Part shown: positions 9,291 to 17,146 of the stretch, piece after piece
Layout of the letters: each line of letters starts with the position of its first letter
Position numbering within the stretch: the stretch's first letter is position 1
Assembly (NCBI GenBank): GCA_045612385.1
Contig: JAZKYZ010000023.1
Coordinates: forward strand, 9,766-73,765
DNA from: Eubacteriales bacterium
GTDB taxonomy: Bacteria > Bacillota > Clostridia > Oscillospirales > CAG-272
Length of the DNA: 64,000 nt
Direction: 5' to 3'
Notes under the pieces: generated by a model
The model's database searches: none
The model's input: only the letters and a program-made list of their open reading frames with translations
What the model was told of the DNA's origin: nothing
Position numbers and translations under genes: made by a program

Positions 9291-10304
9291 ATGCAACCGT
9301 TGGAGAGGAGAAGGCCTGTGAAAAATGCAAGAGAAAAAGCCAAGAGCGCTATTATATCTTTCTTAAAAACAGTGGCAAGTGCAACCAGACGCGAGGTGCT
9401 GGATGGTGCGCTTTTGCCCTTTGGATTGTCAAAGGAAGAGTTGGCAGGGAAAAACCAAAGTGGCAGATATGGTACGGCGCGTTCCTATCTTGGCGCAACG
9501 CTTTCAGAACTCGTCAGAGTGGGGGATGTCGCTCGGGGTGGCAGAGGTTACCTCTTAAATAAAGAAGAGGCAGTGGTCATTCGCGAGGACGAAACGGAAC
9601 GGAAAATTCGCGTTTCGCTGAAAAGTCGTTCGCTGACGCAAAATGAACTTGTCCGACATCTGGAAAATATCTTTGGCACGCGAGAGACAAGAAGCGTGGA
9701 GGATGATGAACAGCTTTACCAAATGGTCGACACTATCCTTGTCCGTATGATGGCAGAGGGGGAGGTCAAAAAAGAAGGCAACCGTTATGTCTTATGTCCG
9801 AAGCCTGTATGTAAGAGCTGTCCCAAAGAACTGGATGATTTTAAACTTGCCTTTTTTGATCTGCTTTCCACGCGTGGTGGCCCTGCCTTTGAAAGATATG
9901 TCGCGGGGCTATTAGAAAAGTATTATTTGATGACGGGAAAGGAAGTCCTTTTTTCCGAAACACTCGGTGGCAGTGACGATGGAGGAATTGACGTCCGTAT
10001 TGACGTGGTTGACTCCTTTGGTTTTATTGACCATATTTTAGCACAGGTCAAGTGTCGCAGAAAAATGCACGTCACCGAAAAGGAAGTCCGTGAGTTTTAT
10101 GGCGCTCTTTGCGCCAGAGGGGGTAGTCGAGGTATGTATATTACCACCTCCACCTTCCATCCGGGCGCACAGAATTTTTTGGATTCTTTGGATAATGTCG
10201 TTGGTGTGGATGGTGAAAAGATTTTTACTCTCGCTATGCAGACACGCTATGGCATTCGACAAAGTCGGGCTGGTTATACCTTTGACCCAACGGTTTTTGA
10301 CTGA
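9291..10304 (+). CDS. Mrr-like type IV restriction endonuclease (two winged-helix N-terminal domains plus an Mrr catalytic domain)
   Basis: C-terminal PD-(D/E)xK-like core GGSDDGGIDVRIDVV...ILAQVKCRRK...GMYITTSTF, as in Mrr_cat. The N-terminal half has wHTH-like segments. The start could instead be the GTG at 9318. Confidence 0.7.
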   Translation: MQPLERRRPVKNAREKAKSAIISFLKTVASATRREVLDGALLPFGLSKEELAGKNQSGRYGTARSYLGATLSELVRVGDVARGGRGYLLNKEEAVVIREDETERKIRVSLKSRSLTQNELVRHLENIFGTRETRSVEDDEQLYQMVDTILVRMMAEGEVKKEGNRYVLCPKPVCKSCPKELDDFKLAFFDLLSTRGGPAFERYVAGLLEKYYLMTGKEVLFSETLGGSDDGGIDVRIDVVDSFGFIDHILAQVKCRRKMHVTEKEVREFYGALCARGGSRGMYITTSTFHPGAQNFLDSLDNVVGVDGEKIFTLAMQTRYGIRQSRAGYTFDPTVFD

Positions 10305-10337
10305 TGTTTGTAAACAATTATGTGCGAGGCAACTAAA

Positions 10338-10727
10338 ATGATGGTAAAAATCTTGGATGGAGAGCATTGGTGAGGATTCAATTCCATTCACGCGTCAGGG
10401 CAACCATTTGATCAATATACGAAGCATGAAAGTGATCTTTGTCGCGACAGTGGAAATCAGTCTGCGCCCCTTCTTGTTTCCGATAAGGGAAGGTACATTT
10501 ATGCAGAAAATGCCATTCGATTAAAAATCGAAGATGGTTTGATTGATATGGAGTCACCACAGGGGTGTGTAATTTATGACGGTGGCAAAACGCTACGTGA
10601 TGCCTACCTTGCTGCCTCTCAAAATCATTTTCCTCTGACCGGAAAGGTACCTCCGACAAAATTCTTTGAAATTTCGTTAGAAAAAAACGACCTACGGGTC
10701 GTTTTTTTCTTTCTTACGCTGAGGTGA
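10338..10727 (+). pseudogene. Interrupted ORF: ATG, then an in-frame TGA at codon 12, then 117 open codons
   Basis: It reads MMVKILDGEHW, then TGA at 10371-10373, then GFNSIHASGQPFDQYTKHESDL...KFFEISLEKN, all in one frame. GAGG lies 8 nt upstream of the ATG. There is no start codon downstream until 10539. No family recognised. Confidence 0.25.
10681..10709 (+). terminator. Intrinsic terminator inside the end of the interrupted ORF
   Basis: A7, then acgacc / tacg loop / ggtcgt, then T7. Confidence 0.6.
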
Positions 10728-10791
10728 TCATTGATCACCTGAAGGACGCCACGTTAGTTTGCGAGAAGCAGGTCCAAACCGCTTCTCGCAC

Positions 10792-10829
10792 AAAAAAAGA
10801 GACCCGACTAAAGTCAGGTCTCTTTTTTT
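10792..10829 (-). terminator. Terminator of the tRNA-Thr/tRNA-Tyr transcription unit
   Basis: On the minus strand, directly after the tRNA-Tyr CCA, there is a gagacctgac...gtcgggtctc hairpin followed by T7. A second perfect 10-bp hairpin (tgcgagaagc/gcttctcgca, 10760-10790) follows. Confidence 0.65.
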
Positions 10830-10914
10830 TGGTGGGGGAAGCTGGATTCGGACCAGCGAAGTCAGTGACAACAGATTTACAGTCTGCCCCCTTTGGCCGC
10901 TCGGGAATTCCCCC
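10830..10914 (-). tRNA. tRNA-Tyr (anticodon GTA), long variable arm, CCA encoded
   Basis: Reverse complement: GGGGGAATTCCCGAGCGGCCAAAGGGGGCAGACTGTAAATCTGTTGTCACTGACTTCGCTGGTCCGAATCCAGCTTCCCCCACCA. Acceptor stem is 7 bp (GGGGGAA/TTCCCCC). Anticodon loop is CTGTAAA. T-loop reads TCCGAAT. Confidence 0.85.
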
Positions 10915-10989
10915 TGGAGCTGGTGAACGGAGTCGAACCATCAACCTGCTGATTACAAATCAGCTGCTCTGCCATTGAGCCACACCAGC
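10915..10989 (-). tRNA. tRNA-Thr (anticodon TGT), CCA encoded
   Basis: Reverse complement: GCTGGTGTGGCTCAATGGCAGAGCAGCTGATTTGTAATCAGCAGGTTGATGGTTCGACTCCGTTCACCAGCTCCA. Acceptor stem GCTGGTG/CACCAGC. Anticodon loop TTTGTAA. T-loop TTCGACT. Confidence 0.85.
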
Positions 10990-11006
10990 ATATTCAGAAC
11001 ATTAGC

Positions 11007-11035
11007 ATTATAGCAGAAAAAGATGGCTTTGTCAA
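11007..11035 (-). promoter_or_regulatory. Consensus sigma-A promoter for the tRNA pair
   Basis: On the minus strand it reads TTGACA, 17 nt, TATAAT, ending about 17 nt upstream of tRNA-Thr position 1. Confidence 0.7.
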
Positions 11036-11147
11036 GTACTTTTTTAAAAAATATTGCTTCTGTATAAAAATCTTTGAATTGGAAGAAAAATTTTAACAAA
11101 AAGGTTCCCCTTCTTTCTCTTTCATAACCCACCTTTTAGGCTTATGA

Positions 11148-11183
11148 AAAAGAATAAAGGTGGAGCATTTGCTTCCACCTTTA
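11148..11183 (-). terminator. Terminator of the Cys-rich lipoprotein gene
   Basis: aaaggtgga / tccaccttt hairpin followed, on the minus strand, by attcttttt. Confidence 0.6.
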
Positions 11184-11217
11184 TTACATTTTATATTGAT
11201 TATATTGAAAGAATCAA

Positions 11218-12594
11218 TTACAGGGGCATCCAAGGAGTGAGGTTGTCAAGAGTTCCGTCGTCGGGTACTTCTTCGGAAGGAAGATTGACGCCACACTTGT
11301 CGCATATACCATCATTGTGTTGGTCGACGTGCTGTGACTCACGCTCGTAACCACATCCACCATTACAAGTTGTGTCGCATCCTGTTTCGTCAAAGGTGTG
11401 CGCGCCCTCGTCGTTGTGAGGCTCTGTGCAACCCTCTACGGAGCAAGTCCAGTAGTGTGTGCCGTCTTCGGTGTGATACCACTTATAATTATGAATGGTC
11501 GCGGGCGCTTCAATGGCATTGTTTTCCATATCAAACATAGCCTCGCAAACGGAACAAACCTGATGCTCTTCTGCGCCGTGAGAGGTCTCGGTTGCATCTA
11601 CTTTGTTCACTGTAGTTAATTTGTGCTCAAGCGCAGCGCCTTCAAAGGTCTTATCTTCTCCAGTTTCATTATCCTTTATGTGTACACCACATCCCTCACG
11701 AGTACATACTATATAGTACTCGGGAATATCCCCACAGGTATATGTACCGACGAAGAATTCGGGAGATTCATTTCTTCCTTCTTTATGACCGAGAGGTAAA
11801 CCTGCACTCTTTGTTGCAACGAAGGTTCGCGTTAAATCTCTCAATCCACAGTGCTCACAGGAGAAATAATAGGTTGCAGCAGTTACACAATCCCTTGGAG
11901 TTGCAACAAATTGAGGACTTTCGTATTCGCCAAAGTTGTGACCAAGAGGTTCACCTACAATAAAGGATTCACCAAGATTGCTGTTACATCTTTCACAGGA
12001 TACCCAATATTTTGCAGCAAGTTCGCAAGTCTGTGCGTTTACGATATGGTCCTCGTGTTCCTCCTGAACAGGAATGTGTCCAAGCGCAGGTGCATCCTCC
12101 ACAACGAAATACTCAGCATCGTGCTTTTCACCACATCTGTCACAGGACAGGTAGTAGGTAAGCGCCTTTTCACAGCTCTGCTCGTAGAGGAGATATTCAT
12201 CGTCCTGCTCTTCTACATAATGATGTCCGAGCGCATTGCCGTGCTCGAAGGTACCAAGATCGACATTGCAAACAGAGCAATATGCTTTATATACTGCTAC
12301 GTTTTCACAATCTGCCACAGAGATAAGGTTCGCATCAATCGCATCCTGTACCTTTGTATGTCCGAATGCAGGGTCTGCTATAAAGGTCATGGTGTCGCTG
12401 ACAACGTGACATTTTGCGCAGGATTTGTAATACTGAGCAGACTCCGTACAGGATGCACTGGAAATCAATGCTTCCGCAACGTTTCTCTCCACCCAGTCGT
12501 GTTCGCATTTGTTGGATTTTCCACAACCCGTCGCCAGTGCTAAAACAGCAAGGACGAGAAGGGAAACAACAAGAACTTTCTTAAAAATATTCAT
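11218..12594 (-). CDS. Cys/His-rich repeat lipoprotein (six ~48-aa C3H modules plus a Cys-rich tail)
   Basis: Signal peptide with lipobox MNIFKKVLVVSLLVLAVLALATGC. There are six repeats of the pattern C-x6-7-Y-[YWK]-x2-C-x2-4-C-x14-20-[LF][GE]H. No family name recognised with confidence. Confidence 0.75.
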   Translation of the reverse strand: MNIFKKVLVVSLLVLAVLALATGCGKSNKCEHDWVERNVAEALISSASCTESAQYYKSCAKCHVVSDTMTFIADPAFGHTKVQDAIDANLISVADCENVAVYKAYCSVCNVDLGTFEHGNALGHHYVEEQDDEYLLYEQSCEKALTYYLSCDRCGEKHDAEYFVVEDAPALGHIPVQEEHEDHIVNAQTCELAAKYWVSCERCNSNLGESFIVGEPLGHNFGEYESPQFVATPRDCVTAATYYFSCEHCGLRDLTRTFVATKSAGLPLGHKEGRNESPEFFVGTYTCGDIPEYYIVCTREGCGVHIKDNETGEDKTFEGAALEHKLTTVNKVDATETSHGAEEHQVCSVCEAMFDMENNAIEAPATIHNYKWYHTEDGTHYWTCSVEGCTEPHNDEGAHTFDETGCDTTCNGGCGYERESQHVDQHNDGICDKCGVNLPSEEVPDDGTLDNLTPWMPL

Positions 12595-12628
12595 TAGAGG
12601 CTCTCCTAAAATATTATTATTTGCCTAC

Positions 12629-12657
12629 ATTTTACCACATCAAAAGGTAAAGTGCAA
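12629..12657 (-). promoter_or_regulatory. Sigma-A type promoter for the Cys-rich lipoprotein gene
   Basis: On the minus strand it reads TTGCAC, 17 nt, TAAAAT, with a TGg extended -10. A T10 tract lies upstream. Confidence 0.5.
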
Positions 12658-12754
12658 GAGTAAAAGCGAACAAAAAATGAAAAAACACAAAAAAAAAATA
12701 ACTTTACACAAAAAAACAATTATATATTTGTATAATTTGACCGAAGAAAAAAGG

Positions 12755-12783
12755 TTGAAAAGAGGAAGAAAAAGTGGTATAAT
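12755..12783 (+). promoter_or_regulatory. Sigma-A type promoter for the GH2-like gene
   Basis: TTGAAA, 17 nt, TATAAT, with a TGg extended -10. Confidence 0.5.
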
Positions 12784-12838
12784 GTTCTCGTACAGTAAAA
12801 GTGCGATAATGCGCCACCGAGAGCGAAGGAGGAGTACA

Positions 12839-15043
12839 ATGTATAAAAAGTTGCTTCGAGATTTTAAATTAGAATACGCAGGTACATCATATGCGTGTCT
12901 ACGTACGCCTTGTACCCTCTATCGTGCCTTGTCAGAGGGCGGACGGCTGGAAAATATGGATTACGCTTTGAATCTCTATGCCATTGAAGGCTTGCCCGAC
13001 TTGCCTTTTTCTGTGACTTGTCGCTTTTTTGTGACGGAAGAGTTGCTTTCTTATCCAAAGGTTGCGCTTCGGATTGGCGAGGTAGATGCTCCCTGTACGG
13101 TATCGGTTGGCGAGAATGTCGTGCTGGAAATTACGGATGATGCCCCGATTCATTATGTGGATATTCGTGAGGTGCTTACTCCAGGAGAAAACATTCTTTC
13201 CTTCGCCTTTTCTCCTCTTTTCAAAAAACAAAAAATCTCCTATTCTTCTCAAGAACTCACCGACAGAGGTATCTTTGGTGACATTGAGCTTTATGGTTAC
13301 CATACCACCTTCATTGAGGGCGTAAAATTCCGTCAAACTCACGAAAATGGAAAGGTAACTTTACATATTTCGTGTAAAACGCACGAAAATAGCGATTCTG
13401 TGGAAACGGTTGCTTCAATCGCATCTCCGAACGGAAGGATGTATTATTGTGGTCTTCATCACGGAGAAGGCGAACTTTTGATCACCGATCCTATGCTCTG
13501 GTTCCCCCATACAATGGGAAAGCCAAACCTCTATCGTGTGACATTGACAATGTATACCTCAGGCGAGCCGAGCGATTCGCTCACAGTGAGTCTTGGTCTG
13601 CGTGAGGTTGCCCGTTCCCTTAGTAGCGCTATGGGAGATGGTGAGTTTGCCCTGACCGTTTCGGGTGAGCGCTTCTTTGTGTGTGGCGCTGAATATTGCC
13701 CCTCCTCGCTCATTGTCAGGGAAGAAACAGACAAACGTCTTGAAGCCCTCATTCGCACCTATGTCAAAGCAAATGTCAATCTCCTGTTTGTCAGTGAGAA
13801 AAATCGACACCTTGCCCACTCCTTCTACGATTTGTGTGACCGTTACGGTCTGCTTGTGATGCAGGATATTCCTTCTCCGAAGGAAGCGGCAAGTAGCGAA
13901 GAAAAAACGCAGATTTACTTAAACACACTCAAAATCGGACTTTCGGAAATTGCAACGCATCCCTCTCTCGCCCTTCTGCGCTCTCACCTGACAGGTGAGG
14001 ATAGCATCCGTGAAATTCCCGAAGTCATTGCGGAGCAAGCCCCTGATGCCGTTTATACGAACGTATTTATCCCCAAAGGACAGCCTCTGAATCTGATGGA
14101 CACGACAACGGCGTTTGCAAGCCTCTCCTCCCCTCCCTCTTTCCCTGCGACACGCTCCTTGATGCGTTTTGTTCCAAAGGAAGAGTGGAACCCCTTTTCC
14201 AAAACAATGGAATCCCGTGCGACTTCTCCTATCTCTACCTTCTTAACCAAAGCATCAGAACGCTACCCCTACGCAATGTCGATGGAACAGGTGATTTACC
14301 TTTCCCAGCTTTCACAGAGCGATTGTGTTCGCGAAGGCGTGGAATATCTCCGTCTGCGACGTGGCAGAGCAATGGGTGTAATCTTGGAAGGAACCAATGA
14401 CCCACTCGGCAGAATCTCCTCCTCTGTGGCAGATGCTTATGGCAGGGAGAAGGCATTGGGATACACGCTTCACGACGTATATGCTCCTGTCGCAATTATC
14501 CTTCGTCGAGATGGTTACCGTATCAATTTCTATGTCGCAAACGAAACGAGGAAAGCGTTTCGTGGCACCCTCGTCTATCGCCTTCTTAATGCAAAGAATA
14601 AGGTGCAGAGGGAGGAGAGCGTAGAAATTACGGTAGAGAAGGATGAACTTTCCCTTGTGGCGTCGTCAGATTTTTCGACACAGGCGCATCGGCGCGAGTC
14701 GGAGGTTTTTGTAGAAGCGACGCTCTTGCTTGGCGAGACCGAATTGCATTCACAAACAATGTTTTTCACAGAGCCAAAGCGTTTTTGCTACCAAAATCCT
14801 ATGATAGAAAAAAATATCACTCCGTCGGGACAAGGCTTTGTCTTGACCCTGACACCACACGCATTTGCTCACCGTGTGTATCTCGATTTTGTGGATACGG
14901 ATGCTACCTTCTCCCATAACTTCTTTGATTTAACGAAGAATGCTCCAGTCCGTATCTCCTTTACCGTTCAGGATAAAAAAGCAACCGTCGATACGCTGAT
15001 GCAGTCCCTTCGTTTGCTTTCAGTTTATGATATTGGAAAATAA
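12839..15043 (+). CDS. Glycoside hydrolase family 2 (beta-mannosidase-like) homologue with degenerate catalytic motifs
   Basis: The start at 12839 (MYKKLL) has AAGGAGGAG upstream. GH2-like blocks are present: PNLYRVTLTMY, FALTVSGERFFVCGAEY, FYDLCDRYGLLVMQDI, THPSLALL. There is no signal peptide. The ORF-track extension to 12509 crosses the promoter. Confidence 0.65.
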   Translation: MYKKLLRDFKLEYAGTSYACLRTPCTLYRALSEGGRLENMDYALNLYAIEGLPDLPFSVTCRFFVTEELLSYPKVALRIGEVDAPCTVSVGENVVLEITDDAPIHYVDIREVLTPGENILSFAFSPLFKKQKISYSSQELTDRGIFGDIELYGYHTTFIEGVKFRQTHENGKVTLHISCKTHENSDSVETVASIASPNGRMYYCGLHHGEGELLITDPMLWFPHTMGKPNLYRVTLTMYTSGEPSDSLTVSLGLREVARSLSSAMGDGEFALTVSGERFFVCGAEYCPSSLIVREETDKRLEALIRTYVKANVNLLFVSEKNRHLAHSFYDLCDRYGLLVMQDIPSPKEAASSEEKTQIYLNTLKIGLSEIATHPSLALLRSHLTGEDSIREIPEVIAEQAPDAVYTNVFIPKGQPLNLMDTTTAFASLSSPPSFPATRSLMRFVPKEEWNPFSKTMESRATSPISTFLTKASERYPYAMSMEQVIYLSQLSQSDCVREGVEYLRLRRGRAMGVILEGTNDPLGRISSSVADAYGREKALGYTLHDVYAPVAIILRRDGYRINFYVANETRKAFRGTLVYRLLNAKNKVQREESVEITVEKDELSLVASSDFSTQAHRRESEVFVEATLLLGETELHSQTMFFTEPKRFCYQNPMIEKNITPSGQGFVLTLTPHAFAHRVYLDFVDTDATFSHNFFDLTKNAPVRISFTVQDKKATVDTLMQSLRLLSVYDIGK

Positions 15044-15059
15044 AGAAAGGAAAAAGAAG

Positions 15060-15665
15060 ATGAAAAAACTTTTTGAAGAATTCAAAAAATTTATCAGTCG
15101 TGGTAACGTCGTGGATATGGCAGTCGGCGTTGCTGTGGCTGGCGCATTTACGGCAATCGTCAATGCCTTCACCAAAGGTTTTATTTCTCCTTTGCTTGCC
15201 CTGCTCACCAACGATTCCGACCTTTCCTCTATGAAGTGGGTATTGCGCGAAGAACTCATTGACTCGGAGGGCGTGGTAACACAGACAGAGGTTGCCATTT
15301 TGTGGGGTGGCCTTGTACAGGCAATTCTTGATTTCCTGATTATTGCGGCGACTTTGTTCATTGTAATGAAGGTTTGGGCAGCAGTGACCAAGCGTGCCAG
15401 AGAAATCAATGAACAAATCAACAAGAGAGTCCACGAGCAAGAGTTGGCAGCCAAAGCAGCCGAAGAAGCCCGTCAGAAGGCTGAGGAAGAAGCGAAGGCA
15501 GCCGAAGAAGCAGCGCAAAGACAGCAAGAAGAAGCGCTACGCGCAGAAGAAGAAGAAGCAAGAGAAGCGCAGGCTCGCGAGGAAGAAGCTCGCCTTGCCA
15601 AGGAGCAAAGAGAAGAAGAACTCGCTCTCCTTCGCCAAATTTGCGAGGCATTGCAAAACAAATAA
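15060..15665 (+). CDS. mscL: Large-conductance mechanosensitive channel with a long charged C-terminal extension
   Basis: MKKLFEEFKKFISRGNVVDMAVGVAVAGAFTAIVNAF is the MscL TM1 signature. There is a second TM helix. About 70 aa of E/A/K/R-rich tail follows. Confidence 0.8.
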   Translation: MKKLFEEFKKFISRGNVVDMAVGVAVAGAFTAIVNAFTKGFISPLLALLTNDSDLSSMKWVLREELIDSEGVVTQTEVAILWGGLVQAILDFLIIAATLFIVMKVWAAVTKRAREINEQINKRVHEQELAAKAAEEARQKAEEEAKAAEEAAQRQQEEALRAEEEEAREAQAREEEARLAKEQREEELALLRQICEALQNK

Positions 15666-15695
15666 ATATACGGCACAACAAAGGTGTTTTTGAAA

Positions 15696-15742
15696 GCGCT
15701 CAACATTATCCCCCTGTGGAATGTTTGGGCGCCTTTTCTTTT
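15696..15742 (+). terminator. Terminator after mscL
   Basis: A ~12-bp stem gcgctcaacatt / aatgtttgggcgc with one bulge, followed by cttttctttt. Confidence 0.55.
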
Positions 15743-15765
15743 CGTACGAAAAATGATAATAATAC

Positions 15766-15794
15766 TTGACTTTTCTCTGCGTTTGTGCGATAAT
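15766..15794 (+). promoter_or_regulatory. Sigma-A type promoter for aspS
   Basis: TTGACT, 17 nt, GATAAT. Confidence 0.5.
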
Positions 15795-15838
15795 ATAAAA
15801 GAGAAATTAAATTTGCTATAAAATGAAAGGCATTTTTT

Positions 15839-17125
15839 ATGGAAAGAACAATGATCGCAAGCATTGCCCCGGGCAGACATAAGGTTTCGGGCTTTGTCGA
15901 AAATTATCGCAACAAAAGAACGATGGCATTCATCGTTGTTCGCGACTTCAGTGGAAAACTTCAGGTTACAGTGGAAAAAGAAAAGCATCCTGAATTTACA
16001 GAAATGCTTGAGAAACTGACGCTTCAATCTGTGGTTACCTTTGAAGGCGAGGTTGTTGCCAACGAGTATGTTAAGATGGGTGGCATTGAGATGCTTCCCG
16101 ACACAATGATAGTGGAGTCCTATGCAGATGCGATTCCGATTAAAGATGACTCCGATATTGATGTCCGTATGGACTATCGCTGGATTGACCTTCGTCGCGA
16201 GCGCAATCACGCAATGCTTCGTTTGCAGACCGTGATGACGGCTTCTTTGCGTGAATTCCTCCTTGAGAAAAACTTTGTGGAAATTCATACGCCGAAGCTG
16301 ATTGCCGCAGCGAGCGAGTCTGGCTCGGATGTATTTGAAGTAAAGTATTTTGATACCAACGCATATCTTGCGCAATCTCCTCAATTCTATAAGCAGATGG
16401 CAATGGCATCCGGACTGGAACGCATTTTTGAAACGGGTCCCGTATTCCGAGCTGAAAAGTCCTATACCAACAAGCACGCGACAGAATTTACTGGCTTTGA
16501 CCTGGAATTCTCTTACGTGACCGGTGTCGAGGACGTAATGCATATGGAAGAGGAATTGCTCACCTATATGCTCACCCGTGTGAAGGAAAAGTGTGGAGAT
16601 GAAATCAAAGCGCTTTTCGATATGGACGTTATTGTACCCACCCTTCCTTTCCCTCGAATGAAGCTGAAGGATGTGTACGCCCAACTGGAAGCACGTTATG
16701 GATATACCGTTCCTGACGAACTCAAGGGCGACCTTACTACGGAGGCAGAGCGTATGACAAAGCAGCTTTGCCAGGATATGTTCGGTCACGAATTCCTTTT
16801 CATCACCGATTATGATGCCAAAGAGCGCGCATTCTACCATATGCGTGACGAAAACGGCATTCCTCAGGGTTACGACCTGATCTGGCGCGGCGTAGAAATC
16901 ACCACAGGCGCGCAGAGAGAGCACCGTTATGATGTCCTCAAGGCGCAGGCAGAAGAGAAGGGACTGGCGGCAGATGTCGAATTCTATCTTCAGTTCTTCA
17001 AATATGGTTGTCCCCCTCACGGTGGCTTTGGACTTGGTATCGACAGACTGACTATGCTTTTCCTCGGTATGTCGATTAAGGAAGCGCAGTTCCTCTTCCG
17101 TGGTCCCAACCGTCTTACTCCGTAA
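15839..17125 (+). CDS. aspS: Aspartate--tRNA ligase, archaeal/eukaryotic type (class IIb)
   Basis: N-terminal OB fold. Class II motifs QSPQFYKQ, FRAEKSYTNKHATEFTGFDLE and GGFGLGIDRLTM. The 428-aa length is typical of type-2 AspRS. AsnRS is not fully excluded. Confidence 0.75.
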   Translation: MERTMIASIAPGRHKVSGFVENYRNKRTMAFIVVRDFSGKLQVTVEKEKHPEFTEMLEKLTLQSVVTFEGEVVANEYVKMGGIEMLPDTMIVESYADAIPIKDDSDIDVRMDYRWIDLRRERNHAMLRLQTVMTASLREFLLEKNFVEIHTPKLIAAASESGSDVFEVKYFDTNAYLAQSPQFYKQMAMASGLERIFETGPVFRAEKSYTNKHATEFTGFDLEFSYVTGVEDVMHMEEELLTYMLTRVKEKCGDEIKALFDMDVIVPTLPFPRMKLKDVYAQLEARYGYTVPDELKGDLTTEAERMTKQLCQDMFGHEFLFITDYDAKERAFYHMRDENGIPQGYDLIWRGVEITTGAQREHRYDVLKAQAEEKGLAADVEFYLQFFKYGCPPHGGFGLGIDRLTMLFLGMSIKEAQFLFRGPNRLTP

Positions 17126-17146
17126 TTCAAAACGAAAGGATATATT

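Noticed and set aside
10378-10659. A 93-aa minus-strand ORF and the 63220-63405 plus-strand 61-aa ORF.
   Set aside because: Both lie across hairpins or terminators, have His/Arg/Cys-rich non-protein-like composition and no RBS. The first is antisense to the more coding-like interrupted + frame.
12509-12838. A 110-codon N-terminal extension of the GH2-like ORF in the ORF track.
   Set aside because: The extension crosses the divergent promoter region and A-tracts and translates to low-complexity K-rich sequence. A strong RBS (AAGGAGGAG) precedes the Met at 12839, and the homologous GH2 sequence begins there.
15666-15838. A T-box leader was expected upstream of aspS.
   Set aside because: Only 173 nt are available, and they are accounted for by the mscL terminator and a sigma-A promoter. 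I could find no specifier-loop/T-box (AGGGUGGNACCGCG-like) sequence.
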